This document shows, piece by piece, positions 57,619 to 64,000 of a DNA stretch of 64,000 bases. How positions within the stretch are numbered: the stretch's first letter is position 1; every line of letters starts with the position of its first letter. The notes under the pieces were generated by a model. It was not told the DNA's origin. It was given only the letters and a program-made list of their open reading frames with translations, and searched no databases. Position numbers and translations under genes: made by a program. The stretch is from IMG/VR virus record IMGVR_UViG_3300045970_000794, positions 248,001 through 312,000 of that record; one strand, 5' to 3'.

Positions 57619-57918
57619 TTAAGATTTTCTTTGAAAATTTAGTGAACCACTGGCAACGCAACCCCATACATGATATTTTTTACCATAAAATAGCGTAATA
57701 TCATCAATTAATGACCAATCCATATCGCAACCATTAACATTTCCTAGGATATTTGTACTAGAAGTTTTGGAACCGATTATCATATCCAATACCGCATCAA
57801 TTGTATATGGTGCAATTTCACTATGGTAATGATAGTATTCACCCATTTTCAAGTGAACCAATTCAGTCATTATGTCATTCCTAATAATCTCATATTTTTT
57901 CTTCTCTTCACTAGTCAT
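57619..57918 (-). CDS. Hypothetical protein
   Basis: 99 aa ORF. Confidence 0.6.
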   Translation of the reverse strand: MTSEEKKKYEIIRNDIMTELVHLKMGEYYHYHSEIAPYTIDAVLDMIIGSKTSSTNILGNVNGCDMDWSLIDDITLFYGKKYHVWGCVASGSLNFQRKS

Positions 57919-57930
57919 AGTCTATAGTAT

Positions 57931-58179
57931 TTACCATTTACGTTTAAATTTATCAATAGCTTCACCGATACGATTAAAATTACCTAGTCGTTTGCCATCT
58001 GAATCATCATATACACCACCACCACCATAATGATATGTTCTATTAGCGTCCTTATATTGTTGGGTGAACTCTTTAAATCCGAATAATTTTTCAAACCAAT
58101 TGGGTGTAAATGTTACCTCAAAAATCAGTCGATTTGATGGTCTAACCTCCACTACTTGTTTAACATTAGTTATTTTCAT
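57931..58179 (-). CDS. Hypothetical protein
   Basis: 82 aa, coupled start. Confidence 0.6.
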   Translation of the reverse strand: MKITNVKQVVEVRPSNRLIFEVTFTPNWFEKLFGFKEFTQQYKDANRTYHYGGGGVYDDSDGKRLGNFNRIGEAIDKFKRKW

Positions 58180-58388
58180 TAGATTTCAGTTAATAATTGA
58201 TTAATAGTCTCATCAATATCTTTACGAATACCTATGTTTTCTTCTAACATAGATTTAAAAAACTCTCTATAAACAACATCTGTCATTATGTTTTCTACGT
58301 TTACCTCTGAGTAACCAAATTCTTTTAGGTTTTTTACACCACCCTCTAACAAATGTTTTCTAATACCTTTGCTTGTTGTTAAATCCAT
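58179..58388 (-). CDS. Hypothetical protein
   Basis: 69 aa ORF. Confidence 0.6.
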   Translation of the reverse strand: MDLTTSKGIRKHLLEGGVKNLKEFGYSEVNVENIMTDVVYREFFKSMLEENIGIRKDIDETINQLLTEI

Positions 58389-58395
58389 AATATTA

Positions 58396-58743
58396 TTACT
58401 TTACGATTTCTTTTAATCTTTTTAATTCAGCACGCAATGTTGCTTCCCATTGTGTAATATGATGTTTTTGCAATCTTATTGCTTCATCCTTATTGAGGGT
58501 GAACCATTTATTTATTTTAGTAGGACCATAAAGAAAGACATATAATACATTTTCACTATCATCATAGTTATTATGATAATTCCAGCTACCGTTATTAGCT
58601 ATCAATCCTTTACATTCAATAATTTCCAAGTCATCATCTAAAGTGAAAACTGGGTATTCAGTATTAGCTTTCAATACTTTAAGATAGTCTTCAACTATTT
58701 GACCTCTATTAGAGGGTAATATTACTTTATGTTTTAATTCCAT
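58396..58743 (-). CDS. Hypothetical protein
   Basis: 115 aa ORF. Confidence 0.6.
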   Translation of the reverse strand: MELKHKVILPSNRGQIVEDYLKVLKANTEYPVFTLDDDLEIIECKGLIANNGSWNYHNNYDDSENVLYVFLYGPTKINKWFTLNKDEAIRLQKHHITQWEATLRAELKRLKEIVK

Positions 58744-58778
58744 TGGTATTATTTTATTTTAAGTAAATAATTTAATAT

Positions 58779-58997
58779 TTAATCTCTTGGAATATTCTTT
58801 AAAATGAATGCTTTGTTTTCCTGTTGGCAGTGAGGACAATCAAGCCCGATATATGCATAAGGTCCATTAGGACATCCACATGGCATGTCACAATCGCATA
58901 CGAAGTAATCAGTTCTAAATTCAGCATCGCCAGTGAATGGTTGACCACATTTGGAACATTCAAGTTCAAGAGTTATTTTTGTTATTTTATTTGCCAT
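58779..58997 (-). CDS. Cys-rich zinc-binding protein
   Basis: CSKC, CDCDMPCGC, CPHC; ATG 58997. Confidence 0.6.
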   Translation of the reverse strand: MANKITKITLELECSKCGQPFTGDAEFRTDYFVCDCDMPCGCPNGPYAYIGLDCPHCQQENKAFILKNIPRD

Positions 58998-59214
58998 CGC
59001 TATTTTTTTTAAAAGATAATTTACCAATCTTTTTAACTGGTGTACATACATCACACCTAGTATATTGTGTTTGTTCTAGGTCACCAGTATTATTAGGCTC
59101 ATGATTACCTTTACGTCCAATACCAATTGAGTAATTCTCACTTATTTTAATGAAAATATTTCCATTTGGTGACTCCCAAACATCATAAATGTCTAAATCT
59201 TTTTCTAGTTTCAT
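58987..59214 (-). CDS. Hypothetical protein
   Basis: 75 aa; follows P25. Confidence 0.6.
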   Translation of the reverse strand: MKLEKDLDIYDVWESPNGNIFIKISENYSIGIGRKGNHEPNNTGDLEQTQYTRCDVCTPVKKIGKLSFKKNSDGK

Positions 59215-59235
59215 GGCTATAGTATTAATTTTTTA

Positions 59236-59267
59236 CAAAGATATATAAAATAAATTAAAAAACCTAA
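59236..59267 (-). promoter_or_regulatory. Module P25 (core only, weak -33)
   Basis: TATCTTTG 59243-59236. Confidence 0.5.
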
Positions 59268-59272
59268 TAAAA

Positions 59273-59455
59273 TTATTTTTTTCTTGTGAAAAAATGTTGT
59301 ATTATTTGTAATGGGAATACCCAAGGGCCAATAAGTGCTAACCACCCATCATTTTTAGATGGTGGTGATTTAGTTTTGCTAGATAATCTATAATAATAGA
59401 TAAAATAGATAGAAACAATTAAACCTATTAGGTAATAAGAAATTAAGTAAATCAT
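59273..59455 (-). CDS. Small membrane protein
   Basis: Two hydrophobic segments. Confidence 0.55.
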   Translation of the reverse strand: MIYLISYYLIGLIVSIYFIYYYRLSSKTKSPPSKNDGWLALIGPWVFPLQIIQHFFTRKK

Positions 59456-59483
59456 AATTTTAAAACTTTAAATTGTTAATATT

Positions 59484-59696
59484 TTAAACGGTACCTAATG
59501 TATCACCACAATCATTTACAATCCATATAACACCATTTTGATTATCATCAATGTATTTGATTCGATTTCTACACGGTTTATCAGTAAAGCCATCGGCGAA
59601 CATAAGCCCAAAGAAGAATAGGAATGCAATTGTTATTATCATTATTTTACCAGTTAATGTTAATCCATCACCGATATCAAAGCTTGATTTCTTCAC
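59484..59696 (-). CDS. Small membrane protein
   Basis: One TM segment, GTG start. Confidence 0.5.
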   Translation of the reverse strand: MKKSSFDIGDGLTLTGKIMIITIAFLFFFGLMFADGFTDKPCRNRIKYIDDNQNGVIWIVNDCGDTLGTV

Positions 59697-60150
59697 GTTC
59701 TTTTAGTCTTTTTTTATGTTTTAACATTCGTCTATATAATTCTTCAACAATATCGAATGATACCTGAGTACATCCAATAATAAACTTATCAATACCAAGG
59801 TTTACAATATGTTCACCAATTTTAATTGGAAGGTCTGGTACTTCATAACCTTCTGGCATATCTGATAATTCTAGATTTTTTACAGAATAACTTACGTTTG
59901 CAAGGTCATCAGTAGTTTTAACATCAGCATAATCAACTGGGTATGCACTGAAAAAGCCAAGTCTTCTTAACTCATCATGAGCTGATTCAATAGCATTTTG
60001 GCAAAGGTATATTTTTTTATGTTCAACATCATTGAAGATTAAACCATCTATCATCTTTGACCGATACATAGCAGTAAAATAGGTACCACTGGGTACTTTA
60101 TCCCAATGTATCACATGAACAGTTTCTTCTGTTAAATATTTTTTATCCAT
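59677..60150 (-). CDS. Hypothetical protein, tandem paralog A
   Basis: Aligns over its length with 60155-60598; ATG 60150. Confidence 0.65.
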   Translation of the reverse strand: MDKKYLTEETVHVIHWDKVPSGTYFTAMYRSKMIDGLIFNDVEHKKIYLCQNAIESAHDELRRLGFFSAYPVDYADVKTTDDLANVSYSVKNLELSDMPEGYEVPDLPIKIGEHIVNLGIDKFIIGCTQVSFDIVEELYRRMLKHKKRLKEREEIKL

Positions 60151-60154
60151 GGGA

Positions 60155-60598
60155 TTAATCTTTTTTATCAATTAAGTTATCAGCGATTTTACGTACCAAA
60201 TCATTGTCAATAGTTGTACAACCAACTTTGATGTGACCTTCCTTTATTTCAAGTTTATAGTCACCAATTCTTATTGGTAAGTCTGGTGTAACAAAACCTT
60301 CTTGTACATCAAGAATTTCAATATTTCTCATACTACCATAACCACCAAATTCCAATTCAGCAACAGTTCTTATAGTGTTATAATTTAAAGTGAATCCAAA
60401 TTTATACCCTAAATTGTTTGGTGCATCTGAACCTTGAGCAAAATCTTGGCATAAAATTATCTTTTTATCATCTACATTATTAAATATAAGACCAGATATT
60501 GGGTTTTCGTTATAAATCGCTCTAAATTCAGTACCAGTTGGTACATTTTCCCATCTGATATATTCAGTAACTTGTTTTCTAATACAATTTTCATTCAT
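60155..60598 (-). CDS. Hypothetical protein, tandem paralog B
   Basis: I.W..VP.GT.F.A.Y....I.GLIFN.V..KKI.LCQ; PDLPI.IG; GCT. Confidence 0.65.
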   Translation of the reverse strand: MNENCIRKQVTEYIRWENVPTGTEFRAIYNENPISGLIFNNVDDKKIILCQDFAQGSDAPNNLGYKFGFTLNYNTIRTVAELEFGGYGSMRNIEILDVQEGFVTPDLPIRIGDYKLEIKEGHIKVGCTTIDNDLVRKIADNLIDKKD

Positions 60599-60610
60599 AA
60601 TATTATAGTT

Positions 60611-60823
60611 TTAAAGGTTAACGTATTTGTTAATAAATTTCATGTTGCACGTTATATTGGCTAATGCAAAACAAACTGGAATTGATATTAACATAAGGAA
60701 CATCCAGTTTGGATTCTCAGTAATTAACATAAGGATTGCTGGTGCAACTCCAATGATAAATGGTGTTAAAATACAAAATAATATCCAATAAAAAGAAACC
60801 ACTCCTAATAAAAATTTTTTCAT
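60611..60823 (-). CDS. Small membrane protein
   Basis: Two TM segments. Confidence 0.6.
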   Translation of the reverse strand: MKKFLLGVVSFYWILFCILTPFIIGVAPAILMLITENPNWMFLMLISIPVCFALANITCNMKFINKYVNL

Positions 60824-60825
60824 AA

Positions 60826-61185
60826 TTATTTTTTAAAGGTTAATAATATTACTTCAAGTATATGAATTCTTTTTAGAATATCTTCACTAGTATATGATGG
60901 AAACCAGAAGCATGAGCTATTGAAGTGTGGGTCATAGTAATTAACATATGGTTTATAAGCCATTAGTTCAATGAGCCAGCAATCGTTACTCTCTAGGTCA
61001 AATCTATTCTCATTAGCATCCCGCCAATTTACTATTGGTCTGGCACCGTATAGAATACCATTACAAAATCCTTCACCAAATACATCATTCTCTTTAAGTT
61101 TCACTATAAGATATTTGAGCATTGCTTTATAGATTCGTTTCCTTAAAGCTGGAGTATTTTTAGTGCTTTTAGTTAGTCGTATCAT
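60826..61185 (-). CDS. Hypothetical protein, paralog of 49142-49480
   Basis: ATG 61185 (MIRL). Confidence 0.6.
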   Translation of the reverse strand: MIRLTKSTKNTPALRKRIYKAMLKYLIVKLKENDVFGEGFCNGILYGARPIVNWRDANENRFDLESNDCWLIELMAYKPYVNYYDPHFNSSCFWFPSYTSEDILKRIHILEVILLTFKK

Positions 61186-61371
61186 TGCAAACGGCTTTAT
61201 CTTTAAGTTGAAAATCCATTTCATTAATGATGGTTTTCAATATTTTAATTCTTTTTGTCATACCACGCTTATTATCATTGAACCAGTATCCAAAATAACC
61301 ACCATAATTATTTTTTGGCTTATATTTAAGAAGCCCAGTAAAAATAATACTCTTGATAAAAAATTTTTCAT
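61169..61371 (-). pseudogene. Frameshifted or truncated third member of the 49142/60826 family
   Basis: ATG AAA AAT TTT TTA, then -1 frame GLLKYKPK..YWF..TKRIKILKTII. Confidence 0.45.
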
Positions 61372-61373
61372 AA

Positions 61374-61610
61374 TTATTTAGTTTTATTACGTTTAGCACA
61401 GAATTTACAATTACCTTTGTGAGCGGCCCAGTCATTGTTTTGACCATAAATAGAGCCAACATACTCACAGCCATCAATGACATATGTATTGATAGGAGTA
61501 TAGTTAACAGAATAGCCACTAGGCTTTGTAGCCACATTATCCTCTTGCCGTTTTGGTAAACAAGATGTGATTAAGATTGATATAAGAATCAATGGAATGT
61601 ATCTTTTCAT
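61374..61610 (-). CDS. Putative lipoprotein
   Basis: MKRYIPLILISILITSC lipobox; HKGNCKFC. Confidence 0.6.
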   Translation of the reverse strand: MKRYIPLILISILITSCLPKRQEDNVATKPSGYSVNYTPINTYVIDGCEYVGSIYGQNNDWAAHKGNCKFCAKRNKTK

Positions 61611-61611
61611 A

Positions 61612-61956
61612 TTAGTTTACGATTTGTGATTTCTTTGCTACGATGATACTATCATTTTCTGATATGATGGATTCAATATTAATAACCTTACCAGTGTTTT
61701 GGTTATTGATGATAATAGTTGATTGGTGGCTTTTACCAACGCTATAGGTTGTTGAGTTAACAGCTCCATTAAGTACAGCAACTTTAACATAACTACCGCT
61801 ACCAGTTGACATATCATAAATTTTAAGACCTTTTAATTCTTGAGAAAGCTTTTCTTCAGCACCATTTAATGTATTTCTAGTGGTACCAGCATCTTCACAA
61901 GAAGAGAAAGCGATTGCTAATAATAATACACCTAAAACTAATGTAATTTTTTTCAT
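61612..61956 (-). CDS. Putative lipoprotein
   Basis: ATG 61956, MKKITLVLGVLLLAIAFSSC lipobox. Confidence 0.7.
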   Translation of the reverse strand: MKKITLVLGVLLLAIAFSSCEDAGTTRNTLNGAEEKLSQELKGLKIYDMSTGSGSYVKVAVLNGAVNSTTYSVGKSHQSTIIINNQNTGKVINIESIISENDSIIVAKKSQIVN

Positions 61957-61969
61957 AGGATATAAGATT

Positions 61970-62036
61970 TTAAGTATTAATTTGATGCAAAGATAAATAA
62001 AATATTTTAATCTACCAAATAAAAATGCAATTATTT
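61970..62036 (-). promoter_or_regulatory. Module P26 (class B)
   Basis: -7 box 61995-61988. Confidence 0.8.
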
Positions 62037-62047
62037 TTATAGCTATA

Positions 62048-62419
62048 TTATTTTTTATGTTTAACTTCACTTGCTCTACGTTTAATATCAGCATCAAGCC
62101 ATATCATATTAGTATGTTTTATAATTGCCTCATTAACCCATTTAAGGACATCAGTTGGGTTATAATAATGCACATGATTAATATATTCGGATTCTATTTT
62201 ATCTTCAAACATTGCATTAGTACCAATTAAATAATCATCACACCAATCAACAACTTTAATTTTAAACCATAATATCTTAACGATTTTATACGCTTTTAGA
62301 TTAACATAATGGCTTGTTGACCAATCTCTAGTCCAAAACTTACTACGCATGTGAGCTTTATAAAGAACACCATCAATTGTTGTGGTGAACGTCTTATTTT
62401 CTTCAATTAGTTCTTTCAT
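62048..62419 (-). CDS. Hypothetical protein
   Basis: 123 aa ORF. Confidence 0.6.
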   Translation of the reverse strand: MKELIEENKTFTTTIDGVLYKAHMRSKFWTRDWSTSHYVNLKAYKIVKILWFKIKVVDWCDDYLIGTNAMFEDKIESEYINHVHYYNPTDVLKWVNEAIIKHTNMIWLDADIKRRASEVKHKK

Positions 62420-62420
62420 A

Positions 62421-62633
62421 TTAGCAATGTAGTACTAGACAAGATACCATCCAATAAATTAAAAAACAAATAGCTAAACATGCCGCAATACCAAACCAGC
62501 ATAATATACCAAACAAGGTATTTATAATGCGTTCCTCTAAATCTTCATCAAATGTATGTAATACACCGTTACCCATATAATAGGCCCCAACAAAGAATAT
62601 TGCAATGCCTATAAACGTTAAAATTGCTACCAT
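62421..62633 (-). CDS. Small membrane protein
   Basis: Two TM segments. Confidence 0.55.
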   Translation of the reverse strand: MVAILTFIGIAIFFVGAYYMGNGVLHTFDEDLEERIINTLFGILCWFGIAACLAICFLIYWMVSCLVLHC

Positions 62634-62644
62634 AGTTTTAATTT

Positions 62645-63562
62645 TTAAATTTTATTATTTCTTACTGAATCTTTTATTTCGATATAAATGGTTGATGCCA
62701 TTGGATATTTCTTCGTGACATCAAGTTTGATTTGCTCAATAGTATCTTCAATATCATAAGCTACTTCATCATCTTCAATATCCAATGATAATAATAACAT
62801 GAACTGGTTTTTACCTATGAACATTGTTTGAATCTTATTGATATGTTTTACCATATGATATTGCCCGATAATATGTTTAATATCATTTCTTATTTCCCTC
62901 GGGGCACTCTCACCAATAATTAACTTTCTGAGCTCATTAGAGAGCGTATAAGCGATTATCATCAGAATTAGACCTACAACTATGGAACCGATTGCATCGA
63001 ACACTGGAGAGACTGTAACAGCTAAAATTGTGGTGATGGCTACAACGATTAATCCGAATAATGCAACCATATCTTCTAGGATAATAACCAATAGGTTTGT
63101 ATCACTAGTATCAATGATTTTACGGAAGAATGAATCCTTACTGATTGTTTTGAATTGATTATAAGCAACTCTGAATGAGTTGAACTCTAAAATGATACCA
63201 ATACCAAGAACGATGAAGGACCAATAAACATGATGTATTGGTTCTGGCTTTGATAGTTTTTCAATTCCCTCATAAAGCGAATAGAATCCACCAACAAAGA
63301 ATAATAGTATTGCTACCATGAATCCCCAGAAATATTCTTCCTTACCATAACCGAATGAATGTAGTTCGGTTGGAGCTTTAGATGTTCTTTTATTACCAAT
63401 CAACAAGAACACTTGATTGCAACAATCAGCTGTTGAGTGAATGGCTTCGGCCAACATAGCAGTACTAGTAGTAACGACAGCTACAACGAATTTTATGGCT
63501 GCGATGATTGCATTACCAATAAGTGCGACCATAACGGCCTTCATTGAATTAGGTTTAGACAT
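62645..63562 (-). CDS. Cation diffusion facilitator (CDF) transporter
   Basis: SxAMLAEAIHSTAD, H.FGYGKEEYFW, EDMVAL, C-terminal dimerisation domain. Confidence 0.9.
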   Translation of the reverse strand: MSKPNSMKAVMVALIGNAIIAAIKFVVAVVTTSTAMLAEAIHSTADCCNQVFLLIGNKRTSKAPTELHSFGYGKEEYFWGFMVAILLFFVGGFYSLYEGIEKLSKPEPIHHVYWSFIVLGIGIILEFNSFRVAYNQFKTISKDSFFRKIIDTSDTNLLVIILEDMVALFGLIVVAITTILAVTVSPVFDAIGSIVVGLILMIIAYTLSNELRKLIIGESAPREIRNDIKHIIGQYHMVKHINKIQTMFIGKNQFMLLLSLDIEDDEVAYDIEDTIEQIKLDVTKKYPMASTIYIEIKDSVRNNKI

Positions 63563-63866
63563 TTTGTTTAAGTATTTCTATTAGTTTAATACGCTTAGCT
63601 AGGAACCAAAGGCCACCTTGATTAGTAGGTCTTTTAAATTCTTCGAACTCTTCAATTTCAAGTTTAATCCAGACTCTACCTTTTTCGGATAGATGTGGTG
63701 CCACTGGCTCTGATGTACAATGCCAAAACGGTCTCACTTTATAACCATTTGTTGGATGACATTCAGCTTCCATCCATTCATTAAATGGAAGGACCTTTGA
63801 TTTATTAATGAAGAGTGGTGTTATATCACCATTCTTTTTTACTCTACAAAGTTTATATGCTAGCAT
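63555..63866 (-). CDS. Hypothetical phage protein
   Basis: 103 aa; AECHPT.G..VRP.WHC..APHLS. Confidence 0.65.
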   Translation of the reverse strand: MLAYKLCRVKKNGDITPLFINKSKVLPFNEWMEAECHPTNGYKVRPFWHCTSEPVAPHLSEKGRVWIKLEIEEFEEFKRPTNQGGLWFLAKRIKLIEILKQNV

Positions 63867-64000
63867 TATCTATATATTTTTCTAGTTTGACTATTAATAC
63901 ATTTTGGGTTGATGCATTTGTATTCACCGAATATCCCTAGGAATCCGCTACGAACAACTGATGAGCCACATCTAATACAACATTTAGTACTACCTTCACG

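Larger units (their letters stand above)
41490..62036. repeat. Dispersed family of 26 promoter/leader modules (P1-P26)
   Basis: Consensus AAATATATTAAATAATA or AAATAATT(G)CA(C)TTTTTA, then TTTG-N20-TAnnTTTG-CA-TTATATTAATCAAT..ATG. Confidence 0.9.

Noticed and set aside
61372-61537. Long 122-aa version of ORF 61169-61537
   Set aside because: The upstream part overlaps lipoprotein gene 61374-61610 in another frame; only the distal part looks coding
41490-62036. CRISPR array
   Set aside because: The repeats are degenerate, separated by whole genes of variable length and match promoter consensus; no cas genes are present
61957-62097. N-terminal extension of ORF 61612-62097
   Set aside because: It runs through promoter P26; the lipoprotein signal begins at ATG 61956

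Overview
Strongly AT-rich window from a large (jumbo-scale) tailed phage with T4-like packaging genes, read in the standard code (11). The host is very probably Bacteroidota: there are more than 30 TTTG-N(19-21)-TAnnTTTG promoters, no Shine-Dalgarno motifs and Bacteroidota-type lipoproteins. Left part (1-40.5 kb): portal, terminase large subunit, a degenerate second terminase-ATPase copy, probable head-cluster genes (one split by a -1 slippery site), nucleotidyltransferase, ThyA, KTSC, ClpC, a lysozyme-like protein, an ABC-ATPase/GNAT pair joined by a -1 slippery site, YkuK RNase H-like, LRR protein, glycosyltransferase, ADP-ribosylglycohydrolase, SprT, CYTH, and a six-gene envelope operon (porin-like barrel, binding-protein-OmpA fusion, permease, ATPase). 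A G-run/A-tract non-coding block at about 40.5-40.7 kb separates this from the right part (41.4-64 kb). The right part is an array of short, mostly minus-strand genes preceded by 26 copies of a conserved promoter/leader module. It also holds candidate ncRNAs, five TACAC-N4-GTGTA palindromes, an iteron-like non-coding region, three-member and two-member paralog families and pseudogenes. No tRNA, rRNA or CRISPR array was recognised. All family names come from motifs recognised by eye, not from database searches.
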